Positions 17,816 to 27,718 of a DNA stretch of 64,000 bases are shown piece by piece. Position 1 is the first letter of the stretch; each line of letters begins with the position of its first letter. Both the position numbers and the translations under genes were made by a program. Source of the DNA: an uncultured Candidatus Saccharibacteria bacterium (lineage in GTDB: Bacteria > Patescibacteriota > Minisyncoccia > GWC2-36-17 > WO2-46-25); NCBI GenBank assembly GCA_964359755.1, contig CAYHUB010000001.1, positions 39,797 through 103,796 on the forward strand. The letters run 5' to 3'. Below the pieces are notes generated by a model. It was not told the DNA's origin. It did not search any database and saw only the letters and a list, made by a program, of their open reading frames with translations.

Positions 17816-19480
17816 TTAATACGGCACGGAGAATACCGCGTGCGGAGTGAGTATATATATTTCTTTGCGGTCGGAAGAGACCGTGAAATCAACAATGTCT
17901 CTCAGCGTTCCTAAAAGATATTTTTCCACCATCTCGTTTTTTTGTTTCGGCATTTTGATTATTTTATTTCCTCCTTCCACTTTATAATCGGCATCGTTAT
18001 AGATACGGGTATTTTGGGATGAACTGACTGCAAGCGTCTTTTGGAGCGTTTTTATCACGTTCGTAAGCGATTTATCCGTAAGAGAAAAGAGAAGTGCTGA
18101 TCGCTTCGTATCATTGAGCATGTATACTTCGCCATTTTGCATGAACATTCTTTCGATCTCAAAATCGGTAGGTGCTTGAGTGAGAAATGTGTACGACCCC
18201 TCATGTGTTTGTTTTGATAGTGTATAGAATATGGATGGCTCGTTTCCGAAAATATAAATAAAATCATTATCGTCGAAGATAAAATGCGGCTGAAAGCGGA
18301 TAGAAGAGGTTGGTATCTTTCCTCGGTATACCGGTTGCACAATGTGAATGCCTGTCAAGAGATTTATTTTCACTTCTATTTCATACGCAATTTTTTGCGC
18401 GAGAGAGCCGAAAAGAAAAGAAGGAATCATGCGCAGGGCGTTATCCCGGGCTTCATGAAGCAGTGCGAAAGCAGCGTATTTGTCGTCTGCTTTATCTGCG
18501 GAGGTTATTTTCCTTTGTATGCCGTCCATAAATGCGATTTGTGTTTTGAGGAATGCGTAGCTACTGCCTCCAACGATAAAAATAAGCGCACTGGCAAGAA
18601 AGATCAATAAGTTTCTTTTATGAAGCGGGGCTTTGGAGTATATAGTTATTTTTTTACGAAAATCTCTGAATGAGAGCGTACGTAGCATGGCAAACACACG
18701 TAACATGCGTTTCATAAATGTGCCAATGCCGGTGAAACGTCCTTGCGCGCTGACAGCAACGCTCATCTTTGTCCCTGATTTTTTGCCGAACGGAAGCCAT
18801 GTTGTTTTTGCGCTTGCGATTGTAAGAAGGATAAGCGCTTGCGCGGGAAGCGGGATCTCCCGCGCATTTTTTTGGTATATCTTGCCAATGATATCCGCCT
18901 GCTCGTCGAGCGAAAGCGCAAACAGCTTCTCAATGCCTTTTTCAGAAAAAAGATCAATGGTCTTTTCAGTGCTAAAAATAAATTTGTCATCAAGGGCGAC
19001 ATTGCCGGTGATCACTGCGGAAAAAAGTTCACGCGTACTTTTGTGCTTATACTTCTTCGCCATATCAACGACTTCGTTTTCGCGGTACAGAAAGGTAATA
19101 ATATTTCCGAATTTTGAAAGGCGGATCGCTTCGCCCGCAATATTTATCACGCAGAAATGCGCGTCCTCAAGCACGCCTTCGTTTGCCTTCCCGATGTCAT
19201 GGAGCGTTGCATTCGCTTTTTTAAGCGCGTTCTCAAAGTGAAGCTCCGCATTCGCATCATCGAGTTTATAAAATTCACGCTTAATAACCGATGCGACGAG
19301 ATTCGGCAGAAATTCAAATTCGCTCTTCCGATTTTCGAGCCGGCCTATGATATAGAGATTTCCAAGGCGTTCCTCCTCAATGTTTGACGGTTCATAGACG
19401 AATGTTTCGGTGCCGCCGCCCTCTTTTCCCTGTTTGAGGATGAGTTCCTTTGTGCCGATCGTAAAATGAGTTGATTCCAT
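17816..19480 (-). CDS. hypothetical membrane protein (554 aa; N-terminal soluble domain, central TM helix, C-terminal domain)
   Basis: Long ORF with a TM segment LLIFLASALIFIVGGSSYAFL. No confident family match. Confidence 0.55.
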   Translation of the reverse strand: MESTHFTIGTKELILKQGKEGGGTETFVYEPSNIEEERLGNLYIIGRLENRKSEFEFLPNLVASVIKREFYKLDDANAELHFENALKKANATLHDIGKANEGVLEDAHFCVINIAGEAIRLSKFGNIITFLYRENEVVDMAKKYKHKSTRELFSAVITGNVALDDKFIFSTEKTIDLFSEKGIEKLFALSLDEQADIIGKIYQKNAREIPLPAQALILLTIASAKTTWLPFGKKSGTKMSVAVSAQGRFTGIGTFMKRMLRVFAMLRTLSFRDFRKKITIYSKAPLHKRNLLIFLASALIFIVGGSSYAFLKTQIAFMDGIQRKITSADKADDKYAAFALLHEARDNALRMIPSFLFGSLAQKIAYEIEVKINLLTGIHIVQPVYRGKIPTSSIRFQPHFIFDDNDFIYIFGNEPSIFYTLSKQTHEGSYTFLTQAPTDFEIERMFMQNGEVYMLNDTKRSALLFSLTDKSLTNVIKTLQKTLAVSSSQNTRIYNDADYKVEGGNKIIKMPKQKNEMVEKYLLGTLRDIVDFTVSSDRKEIYILTPHAVFSVPY

Positions 19481-19560
19481 TCCTTATATCTTATCACACC
19501 TCCGGCGTTGCATAAAGAATGTATTTTTGATAGTATGGATGATGAAAATAGTGTACTCAT

Positions 19561-20118
19561 ATGATGTTTGAACAGTTTTTAAATTCACCGATAAAATCAC
19601 GGATCGTGAAGTTTTTTGTGTATAATCACAGTAAATTTTTTGATATCGGCGATATTGCGAAGCGTCTTGAGCTGTCTCCGGGGAAAATAAGAGGTTATTT
19701 GAAGGAGCTCAAAAAACAAGGGTTTTTAAAATCAAAATCAGCCCATTCGTTTTCGATCAGCTATAAATTTTCGTATTTGAACGAGGTGAAGGGTCTTGTA
19801 TTGAAATTCCCTCCTGTATCGGATGAGTTTTTACTGCACGAAGCAAAGAAAATCGGACAGGTGAAGCTTCTCATTATTGCCGGTATGCTGGTGCATGCGC
19901 AGAAGGCGCGCACGGAGATCGTGATAGTGGGGGATCGTATCACGGAAAAGAAAGCAGAGCGTTTCCTGCGTTCCGTTGAGGCGCAAGCCGGCAAGGAGCT
20001 TCGGTATGTGCTTTTGACGAACGAAGAGTTCCTGTATCGCAAGAAAATGTTCGATCGGTTCGTGCTCGATGTACTGGAGCTTCCGCACAAAAAGGTCATC
20101 AACAAACTCGGAATATAA
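19561..20118 (+). CDS. hypothetical protein, possible winged-helix DNA-binding N-terminal domain
   Basis: GDIAKRLELSPGKIRGYLKELKKQGFL looks like a wHTH recognition region. 185 aa. Confidence 0.45.
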   Translation: MMFEQFLNSPIKSRIVKFFVYNHSKFFDIGDIAKRLELSPGKIRGYLKELKKQGFLKSKSAHSFSISYKFSYLNEVKGLVLKFPPVSDEFLLHEAKKIGQVKLLIIAGMLVHAQKARTEIVIVGDRITEKKAERFLRSVEAQAGKELRYVLLTNEEFLYRKKMFDRFVLDVLELPHKKVINKLGI

Positions 20119-20125
20119 TTCTTCT

Positions 20126-20200
20126 CGCGCTCTTAGCTCAGTGGCAGAGCGTCCGCTTCACACGCGGAAGGTCGTAGGTTCAATCCCTACAGGGCGCACC
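20126..20200 (+). tRNA. tRNA-Val (anticodon CAC)
   Basis: Hand-folded cloverleaf: 7-bp acceptor stem GCGCTCT/AGGGCGC, D-arm GCTC-AGTGGCA-GAGC, anticodon stem TCCGC/GCGGA with loop TTCACAC, T-arm GTAGG-TTCAATC-CCTAC. CCA is encoded. Confidence 0.85.
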
Positions 20201-20205
20201 ATGTC

Positions 20206-20239
20206 AAACCGGCGTTTCCCCGCTGGTTTTTACTTTTTT
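20206..20239. terminator. bidirectional terminator after the tRNA and the DedA gene
   Basis: aaccggcg/cgctggtt stem followed by tttttactttttt. Confidence 0.55.
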
Positions 20240-20826
20240 GAGTTCCTGCGATGCGCGATGTATTCCAGCGCAAGCGGCAGAAGTGATATGACTATGATGA
20301 GTAAGACGATCGGCACGAGGTAGTGTTCAAGATCGGGGATTAAACTGCCAAGATAATATGCGGTACCGGTAACGCCAAGTCCCCATAATGCGCCTCCGAT
20401 GATGTTGTAGGCAAGGAAAGTGCGGTAGCGCATTTGCCCAACACCGGCAAATATCGGCGCGAAGGTGCGCACGATAGGCACAAACCTGGCAAGGATGATC
20501 GTTTTGGTGCCGTATTTCTCATAAAAGATCCGCGTGCGTTCGATATTTTTTTTGTTGAAAAACAGTGAATTCTCGCTCGTGAATATCGCAGGACCGACTT
20601 TTTTCCCGAACGCGTATCCAACGGTATCGCCAAGCACTGCGCCCGCAAACACCAGTGGCGCAAGAATGTAAAAATCAAGAATGCCTTGCGATGCTAAAAT
20701 GCCCGCGGTGAAAAGCAGGCTTTCTCCGGGGAAAAAGAATCCGAAAAAAAGACCCGATTCGGCAAATACCATGCCGAATATTCCCACGTATCCGGCAGTT
20801 TTTACGAGCGCGACAAGATCAAACAT
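20230..20826 (-). CDS. DedA/SNARE-associated family membrane protein
   Basis: Conserved GESLLFTAGILASQG and ARFVPIVRTFAPIFAGV blocks of the DedA family. Confidence 0.8.
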   Translation of the reverse strand: MFDLVALVKTAGYVGIFGMVFAESGLFFGFFFPGESLLFTAGILASQGILDFYILAPLVFAGAVLGDTVGYAFGKKVGPAIFTSENSLFFNKKNIERTRIFYEKYGTKTIILARFVPIVRTFAPIFAGVGQMRYRTFLAYNIIGGALWGLGVTGTAYYLGSLIPDLEHYLVPIVLLIIVISLLPLALEYIAHRRNSKK

Positions 20827-23491
20827 ATTTTTTTCTGCTGATCAATTTTCTTATTTCTTCCGCGATAAGAATGGAAGACGCAACGGTGACGGCAAGAGCC
20901 CAGTCATACCATGAGAGAGGAACGGTGCGTAGTATCGTATGCATAAAAGGGGCGTATACTGCCATGATTTGAAGGCTTATCACGATGAGTGTCGCTCCCA
21001 CAAGATACATATTTGAAAAGAAGTTCATTGTAAAAATAGATCTATCTTCGGATCGGCAGTTCCATACATTGAACCACTGAAATACGGCGAGAGCGGTAAG
21101 CGTGATGGTCATCGCTTTGGCAAGATCGTCCCTGTAGTATTCGTTGAATAAAAAGAGAGACCCGACCATCATGGGAAGCGCCATAACAAACATGCGGCGC
21201 ACCATGAGCGAATCAACCAAGTATTTATTCGGGTGCCCGAATGTACCGCTTAAAAGCCCTTTCTCTTTTGGCTCCATCGCAAGAGTAATATCAAGGAACC
21301 CGTCGGTGACGAGGTTCAACCACAATATTTGCGCCCCGAGAATGGGAAGCGGGAGTCCGATGATGAGCGCACCCGTGATGGTAAGCACCTCGCCTAAGCT
21401 GGTGGAAAAGAGATAGAGAATAACTTTTTTTATTGTTTTATAAATAGAGCGTCCCTCTTCGATCGCGGCAACAATGGTGCTGAAATTATCATCGAGCAAT
21501 ATGATATCCGATGCCTCTTTAGCGACGTCGGTGCCGATCCTGCCCATTGCCACACCAAGGTCGGCGGCAACAAGCGAGGGAGCGTCATTGATGCCGTCGC
21601 CTGTCATTGCGATGACCTCGCCGCGACGCTTGTAGGCCTGTATGATGCGCAGCTTATGATTGGGCGTAACGCGGGCAAAGACCGAAACGGCATCCAGCCG
21701 CTGAGAAAGCAGGGTATCGCTCATCGCCTCTATCTCTTCTCCGGTGAGCACTTCGTGCCCTTCCCGGTAAATACCCGCTTCCTGTGCGAGCGCGGTTGCG
21801 GTTATTTTATGGTCGCCGGTGATAAGAACGACGCGTATGCCTGCCGCCTGCGCCTGTGCGATCGCCTCCGGCACCTCCTCTCTCAAACCGTCTTGGATGC
21901 CGTACATGCCTCCAAGCGTAAGCTGGGGAATGTGATCGTGGGTCTCGAACTTTGAATCCTTGGGAAGTTCCGCGGTTCCAAAAGCGACGACACGCATGCC
22001 TTTTTCGAGCATGCGGAAAAAGACCTTTTCAAGCTCGCTTTTTTCCTTTGGCGTCAGCGGCTCTGCTTTTCCATTTTTATAGATCGTACGGGAAAACGAC
22101 ATCACTACCTCGGGCGCGCCGACGACCGTGATGAATTGCATGTTATTCTTGCTATGAGCGGTCGCATGATATTTCGTTGTGTAATCAAACGGTATTTCAC
22201 TGATTTTTTGCGATTCATGCTCGAGCGCGCTTTTATTGAATCCCAATTTTTGAGCGAAGACCAACAGCGCCGCTTCGGTCGGGTCGCCCGATACTGCGAA
22301 TGTTTTTGTTTTTTCGATAAACATCGTGCGCGCATTTGCGCACAATGCGGCAACCGTTCCCGCAAGTATCAGCTCGGGGTGAGCGAGTGGATCGATGATA
22401 TCATCGCCAAATCTGATACTGCCGCTTGGGTCATAGCCAACTCCCGACACCTCAAAACGCTTGCCGTCGACAAATACTTCTTTTACGATCATCTCGTTTT
22501 TGGTGATTGTTCCGGTTTTATCGACGGCGATCACGCGCGCTTGCCCGAGTGCTTCAACCGCCTGCAGCCGTTTTACGACTGCGTTGCGCTTTGCCATACG
22601 AAATACGCCGCTCGCAAGTACGATTGTGAGCACGATAGGGAGTCCTTCGGGAATGATCGATACCGCCAAAGAGACCGAAACAGTGAACATTTCAAGAGCC
22701 GATCTTCCCGCGAGTATCCCGATCAAAAAAAGCGCGCTGACAATACCGCCCGCCACCACAACAATGAGGCGCGACAGATAGCGCACATTCGCCTTCAGAG
22801 GGATTTCAGCGTCAATGAGCGCGATGGACTGGCTGATCGTGCCGATGACCGTGGCAGCGCCGGTCGCCACCACCACCCCTCTGCCGTTGCCAACCATGAC
22901 GTACGTGCCTTTAAATACCATATTGCGCTGGTCAGATACGGGGAGATTCTCAACATCGATTGGGTCGCTTATTTTGCGCACGGGGTGCGATTCGCCGGTA
23001 AGCGCCGCTTCAGCGACAGAAAGATTTTCCGATTCCAGGATGCGCGCGTCAGCTGCGATTTTTTCTCCTTCTTGCAGGATGAGAATGTCTCCGGGAACGA
23101 TATCAGAGTCGGGAATAATGATCTCTTTTCCTTCGCGCAGTACGGTTGCATTTGTCTGGACGAATTGTTTGAGCGCGGAAAGCGTATTTTGCGCTTTCCC
23201 TTCCTGAAACACTCCGACGACCGCGTTAAACACAAGAACAAAAAGAATAACTCCCGCATCTATGAATTCACCGAGGAAAAAAACGACAACGCTTGCGGCA
23301 ACAAGTACGAAAATAAGCGGACTTTTGAATTGGCGTAAAAAAAGAACAAAAAGCGAGTCGGTTTTTCCTTCCGGTATCGTATTTTTCCCGTGTACACGGA
23401 GGCGGTCGTTTGCCTGCTCCCATGTGAGCCCCTCGCTTATATTCGTCTGCAGTTTTTTCTCTATCTCGGCGAGCGAGAGTTGGTGCCACAT
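20819..23491 (-). CDS. P-type cation-transporting ATPase (type II, Ca2+/Mg2+-type)
   Basis: DKTGTIT phosphorylation motif, TGDGINDAPSL, IPEGLP, and 10 TM helices. 890 aa. Confidence 0.9.
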   Translation of the reverse strand: MWHQLSLAEIEKKLQTNISEGLTWEQANDRLRVHGKNTIPEGKTDSLFVLFLRQFKSPLIFVLVAASVVVFFLGEFIDAGVILFVLVFNAVVGVFQEGKAQNTLSALKQFVQTNATVLREGKEIIIPDSDIVPGDILILQEGEKIAADARILESENLSVAEAALTGESHPVRKISDPIDVENLPVSDQRNMVFKGTYVMVGNGRGVVVATGAATVIGTISQSIALIDAEIPLKANVRYLSRLIVVVAGGIVSALFLIGILAGRSALEMFTVSVSLAVSIIPEGLPIVLTIVLASGVFRMAKRNAVVKRLQAVEALGQARVIAVDKTGTITKNEMIVKEVFVDGKRFEVSGVGYDPSGSIRFGDDIIDPLAHPELILAGTVAALCANARTMFIEKTKTFAVSGDPTEAALLVFAQKLGFNKSALEHESQKISEIPFDYTTKYHATAHSKNNMQFITVVGAPEVVMSFSRTIYKNGKAEPLTPKEKSELEKVFFRMLEKGMRVVAFGTAELPKDSKFETHDHIPQLTLGGMYGIQDGLREEVPEAIAQAQAAGIRVVLITGDHKITATALAQEAGIYREGHEVLTGEEIEAMSDTLLSQRLDAVSVFARVTPNHKLRIIQAYKRRGEVIAMTGDGINDAPSLVAADLGVAMGRIGTDVAKEASDIILLDDNFSTIVAAIEEGRSIYKTIKKVILYLFSTSLGEVLTITGALIIGLPLPILGAQILWLNLVTDGFLDITLAMEPKEKGLLSGTFGHPNKYLVDSLMVRRMFVMALPMMVGSLFLFNEYYRDDLAKAMTITLTALAVFQWFNVWNCRSEDRSIFTMNFFSNMYLVGATLIVISLQIMAVYAPFMHTILRTVPLSWYDWALAVTVASSILIAEEIRKLISRKKYV

Positions 23492-23558
23492 GAAAAATAA
23501 ACAAACAACAAATTACTGATAACAAACAACACAAGCAATCGGCTTGCGTTATGGGTTG

Positions 23559-24584
23559 TTAGTTATGGGTTGTTAGTTGTTTTTGGTAAATATCAAGCAA
23601 TGCGAAAAATAAGCTCAACAGCAATGGGCCGATGAGAAAGCCCGAAGGGCCAAACAGCGAAAGACCCCCAAGCACGGAAAAAAGAATGAGCAAAGGATGC
23701 AAGCGCGTACCGTGGGCGATAAGTTTCGGGGTGAGGATATTATCAACGAGGCCGACCGCGGTCGTTCCCCAAATGATAAGGCCTGTTGCGGCAAGCGAGT
23801 TGCCGATGATGAAAAGGTATGCGACAGCAGGGAGAACGACGATCGTTGTCCCTACAAACGGGATAAGCGCGGCGATTGCTGCAAATGCACCCCACAATGC
23901 TCCATTCGGTACGCCGAATATGTAAAATCCCGTTGCTACCAGCACTCCTTGCACAAGGGCAACAACAATCGTTCCCCATATTACCGAATGCACCGCTTTG
24001 TTGATTTTTTCAAAGATATCTTTGTCGTCAGTGTCTTTTAGCGGACTAAGGGTAATAAGCATTTTTTCGAGTTTTTTCCCGTCCTTCAGGAAGTAATACA
24101 GCGCGAGCATACTCAGCACGAAGCCGAGAATAAAATTAGTGACCTCGGAAAATATGACACCGATCTTCCCGAGGATCCATCCGAGAAGCTGTTTGAGCGA
24201 CTCATCGAAGTCGAATGTCGCCTGAGGGGCGAATAATTGTATTTTTTCCTGTACGAGCACTATGACCTGGTTTATAAAATCAGTATCTTTTGCGCCATCC
24301 GCGATGCTGAGGTATAGCTCTCCCGCCTGCGTCACGACTGCGGCGCCAAACATGAAGAGCGGGATAAAAATGACCAAAAGAGCGATGAGGACAGTAATAA
24401 GAGAGGCAAGGGTTTCGCGTGGTATTACCCGCATAATACGCCGATAGAGCGGGTACAACACCACCGCGAGCGTACCAGATACGATGATGACGGTCAGATA
24501 CGGCAAAAATACGAAAATGACGAGCGTAGATATACCAAGCAATAAACTGAGGAAAAAAAATGTTTGGAGCTTTTCTCTATCCAT
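23559..24584 (-). CDS. AI-2E family transporter (PerM/YhhT-like, UPF0118)
   Basis: 341 aa with 7-8 TM helices. Pattern typical of AI-2E family permeases. Confidence 0.7.
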   Translation of the reverse strand: MDREKLQTFFFLSLLLGISTLVIFVFLPYLTVIIVSGTLAVVLYPLYRRIMRVIPRETLASLITVLIALLVIFIPLFMFGAAVVTQAGELYLSIADGAKDTDFINQVIVLVQEKIQLFAPQATFDFDESLKQLLGWILGKIGVIFSEVTNFILGFVLSMLALYYFLKDGKKLEKMLITLSPLKDTDDKDIFEKINKAVHSVIWGTIVVALVQGVLVATGFYIFGVPNGALWGAFAAIAALIPFVGTTIVVLPAVAYLFIIGNSLAATGLIIWGTTAVGLVDNILTPKLIAHGTRLHPLLILFSVLGGLSLFGPSGFLIGPLLLSLFFALLDIYQKQLTTHN

Positions 24585-24619
24585 ATTACAATAATTAGTG
24601 GCTTAATCGTACCATTTAT

Positions 24620-25879
24620 ATGAAAAAGGGGCAATTTCCAGACGGTTTTCTGTGGGGTGCGGCAACCGCCGCTCATCAGGTTGAAGGTGGTCAGTATAAT
24701 GACTGGACGGAATGGGAGAAAGAGAACGCGGACCGACTTGCCGCCGCGGCAGAAAAGAAATTCGGCAATTTACCTAACTGGCCTGATATTAAAATACAGG
24801 CGCAAAACCCGCATAATTACATCTCAGGCCGTGCATGTGACCACTATAATCGCTATGAAGAAGATTTTGATATCGCGAGGTCGCTCGGGCACAACGCGCA
24901 TCGGTTTTCTATTGAATGGAGCCGTATTGAGCCAAGAGAAGGGGAGTTTGATAAAAAGGAGATTGAGCATTACCGGAAAGTGATCGCGGCACTTCGCGCG
25001 CGCGGCATAGAGCCGTTCGTCACCTTATGGCATTGGCCTTTGCCATTATGGGTAGCAGAAAAAGGGGGTTGGGGATGGAGGAGTGCCCCGGAATATTTTG
25101 CTCGATATGCTGAACTCATTTCCAAGGAATTGAACGATGTTCATTTCTGGCTCACACTCAACGAGCCCAATATCTACGCGGGTCATGTATATATAAAAGC
25201 GGCCTGGCCCCATGGATCAAAAAATCCGATTTTATATTGGCAGGTATTGAACAGGCTCATTTCCGCTCATAAAGGAGCGTATCAGGCGATAAAGAAGAAT
25301 CTCCCATTGGCGCAGGTCAGTCTTGCCTATAATCAAAGCTATTTCGAAGCTTATCAGGGAAAAATAACCAACCGATTGCTTAAAAAAATAGCTGATTGGT
25401 TTTGGAACGATTATTTCCTTGAAAAAATAAACGGGTTCTCCGATTTCATCGGATTGAATCATTACCATCATTCACGCATTAACTATGGGTTTAATCGCAA
25501 TGAGAATAAGAAGGTATCAGATATGGGCTGGGAACTCTATCCCGAATCGATGTATTATGTTCTCACCGGACTTAGAAAATATAATCTTCCCATCTATATC
25601 ACGGAGAACGGACTTGCCGACGCCGACGATTTGCAGCGCGAATGGTTCATCAAGGAATCATTAGCAAATATAGTGTGGGCGATAGGTGAGGGCGCGGATG
25701 TACGCGGATATCTCCATTGGTCGCTGTTGGATAATTTTGAATGGGACAAGGGCTTCTGGCCGCGGTTTGGGTTAGTAGAGATCGATTACGCAACAATGGA
25801 AAGAAAAATACGTCCGAGCGCGCAAGCGTATGCTGAAATTTGCAAAACAAATTCGCTCATTATAGATTCTCATTCCTAA
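24620..25879 (+). CDS. GH1 beta-glucosidase / 6-phospho-beta-glucosidase family
   Basis: FPDGFLWGAATAAHQVEGG N-terminus. TLNEP acid/base motif and ITENG nucleophile motif. Confidence 0.9.
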   Translation: MKKGQFPDGFLWGAATAAHQVEGGQYNDWTEWEKENADRLAAAAEKKFGNLPNWPDIKIQAQNPHNYISGRACDHYNRYEEDFDIARSLGHNAHRFSIEWSRIEPREGEFDKKEIEHYRKVIAALRARGIEPFVTLWHWPLPLWVAEKGGWGWRSAPEYFARYAELISKELNDVHFWLTLNEPNIYAGHVYIKAAWPHGSKNPILYWQVLNRLISAHKGAYQAIKKNLPLAQVSLAYNQSYFEAYQGKITNRLLKKIADWFWNDYFLEKINGFSDFIGLNHYHHSRINYGFNRNENKKVSDMGWELYPESMYYVLTGLRKYNLPIYITENGLADADDLQREWFIKESLANIVWAIGEGADVRGYLHWSLLDNFEWDKGFWPRFGLVEIDYATMERKIRPSAQAYAEICKTNSLIIDSHS

Positions 25880-25897
25880 ATTATAGCCTCTATCATT

Positions 25898-27718
25898 ATG
25901 AGTTGGTTTCCTATTGCGATCATCGCGCAAATAATCCTTGGAACATCTGCGGTATTCGATAAGATGCTCCTGAAACGAAGTATTTTTAACCCCGCCGCCT
26001 ATACATTTTGGCTGGGCGTGCTTGGGTTGTTTGCGGTTTTTTTGATTCCCTTCGGGGTGTTCGGGTTGCCGGTAATGACTATTGGTGTCGCGCTTATTGC
26101 GGGCGCGCTGTTTCTGCTTGCGATGCTGTTTCTGTTTCTTTCACTGCATAAAACCGAAGCCTCAAAATCTCTTTTACTTATCGGGGGCATTACGCCGATC
26201 ACCACGCTTCTTGTCGGGTCATTTTTTCAGGATGGCTCGCTCGCGCCAGCGGATATTGTCGGTTTCGTGTTTCTGGTGCTTGGCGGGTTCGCGCTTTTTT
26301 TATCGGATAAAAAAGAGATACGGGGGAATGTTGCATTACTTGCATGCGCAAGCGCGGTATGCTTCGGGCTTTCTAATACGCTTACCAAACAGGTGTTTTT
26401 GGAGAGCTCGTTTACGGCGGGGTTTTTTTGGGTGAAGATCGGCGGGGTTTTATTCGTGCTATCGTTTCTTTTGCTTCCCTCTTTGCGCCGTTCCATATTT
26501 TCCGCGGTTCACCGCGATAACACCCACCATCACGCATTGTATGTTTTTAACAGGGGATACGCCGCCGCGGGGTCGGTGCTTATCAATGCTGCGATATTTT
26601 TAGCGCACCCCGCCTTGGTGGAGGCGACGCAGAGCATTAAATATGCGGTTATTTTTATAGCGTCATGGTTTCTTCTCGGTGAGCATTTCAAGGGAAAAGT
26701 GCTTGTAGGAAAGCTTGCTGCAATTACGCTCATCGGCGGCGGGTTTATATGGCTTGCAGGCGCGGATATCGCGCGCAACATCCCCGTTGACCCCGAGCGG
26801 CCTATTATATGGGGGGCAACGTTTTCTCAAAAATTCAGCCGTGAACTCGGGCTTGATTGGAAAGAGAATTTCACTGCGTTCATGGACGAGCTGAAGCCGC
26901 GCGCAGTACGGCTGGTTGCGTATTGGGATGATATTGAAAAGGATCACGGCACGCTTGATTTTTCGGAAACCGACTGGATGTTTGAAAAAGCGGCGCAAAC
27001 AGATGTGCGCGTGGTGTTTGCGGTCGGCATGAAGGCTCCGCGATGGCCGGAATGTCACATCCCGCAGTGGGCGAAAACGCTTGATACCGAAAAGCGCGAG
27101 GAAGCGTTGCTCGCGTATATGGGAAAGGTTGTTGACCGGTATCACGCAAATAACACGATTGCGATGTGGCAGGTGGAAAATGAGCCGTATTTGGCGTTTG
27201 GCGACTGTCCTGAACGCGGTGTGCGATTTCTGGAGAATGAAGTGGCGCTGGTAAAGTCGCTCGACACAGAGCATCGTATTATAACTACCGACGGAGGGGA
27301 ATTTGGGTTATGGTATAAAGCGGCAGAAGAAGGAGATGTGTTTGGCACGACGATGTACCGCAAAGTATATCCAAAAGTCATCGGGCCGAGGTTTGGTGTC
27401 GTGGAGTATCCGCTCGCGCCGAGCTTTTTCCGGTTCAAAGAAAAAGTGGTGCGGCGCATCCTTGGCGACTGGGACAAGCCGTTTATGGTGATTGAACTGC
27501 AGGCGGAGCCGTGGGGGCCAAAACACATTTCACAGCTTACCGACCAGGAACAGGATGAGATATTCAGCCCTGATTATTTCAACGAAACAATTGAATATGC
27601 GAAAGAAACAGGGTTTAATGAATATTATCTTTGGGGATCAGAGTGGTGGTACTGGAAGAAGCTCAAAGGCGACGAGCGGTATTGGGATATTGCTAAGGAA
27701 TTATTTTTGAAACAATGA
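25898..27718 (+). CDS. fusion protein: N-terminal DMT/EamA-like 10-TM domain plus C-terminal clan GH-A (GH5-like) glycoside hydrolase domain
   Basis: About 300 aa of polytopic membrane domain. Then WQVENEPY (acid/base NEP) and TDGGEFG (nucleophile-type) motifs. Confidence 0.65.
   Translation: MSWFPIAIIAQIILGTSAVFDKMLLKRSIFNPAAYTFWLGVLGLFAVFLIPFGVFGLPVMTIGVALIAGALFLLAMLFLFLSLHKTEASKSLLLIGGITPITTLLVGSFFQDGSLAPADIVGFVFLVLGGFALFLSDKKEIRGNVALLACASAVCFGLSNTLTKQVFLESSFTAGFFWVKIGGVLFVLSFLLLPSLRRSIFSAVHRDNTHHHALYVFNRGYAAAGSVLINAAIFLAHPALVEATQSIKYAVIFIASWFLLGEHFKGKVLVGKLAAITLIGGGFIWLAGADIARNIPVDPERPIIWGATFSQKFSRELGLDWKENFTAFMDELKPRAVRLVAYWDDIEKDHGTLDFSETDWMFEKAAQTDVRVVFAVGMKAPRWPECHIPQWAKTLDTEKREEALLAYMGKVVDRYHANNTIAMWQVENEPYLAFGDCPERGVRFLENEVALVKSLDTEHRIITTDGGEFGLWYKAAEEGDVFGTTMYRKVYPKVIGPRFGVVEYPLAPSFFRFKEKVVRRILGDWDKPFMVIELQAEPWGPKHISQLTDQEQDEIFSPDYFNETIEYAKETGFNEYYLWGSEWWYWKKLKGDERYWDIAKELFLKQ

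Noticed and set aside
18633-19241. 202-aa plus-strand ORF antisense to the 554-aa membrane protein gene
   Set aside because: Shorter and fully nested antisense, so the longer ORF is preferred. Neither ORF has a recognised family, so confidence in this choice is moderate.
20069-20323. 84-aa plus-strand ORF spanning tRNA-Val
   Set aside because: It overlaps a clean tRNA cloverleaf and terminator, so it is spurious.
22136-23338. 400-aa plus-strand ORF inside the P-type ATPase gene
   Set aside because: Entirely antisense to a motif-rich ATPase gene. Arg/Asp-rich nonsense composition.
23530-23580. Tandem 14-bp repeat considered as a possible CRISPR or mini-array
   Set aside because: Only two contiguous copies with no spacers and no cas genes. 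It is a simple tandem duplication.
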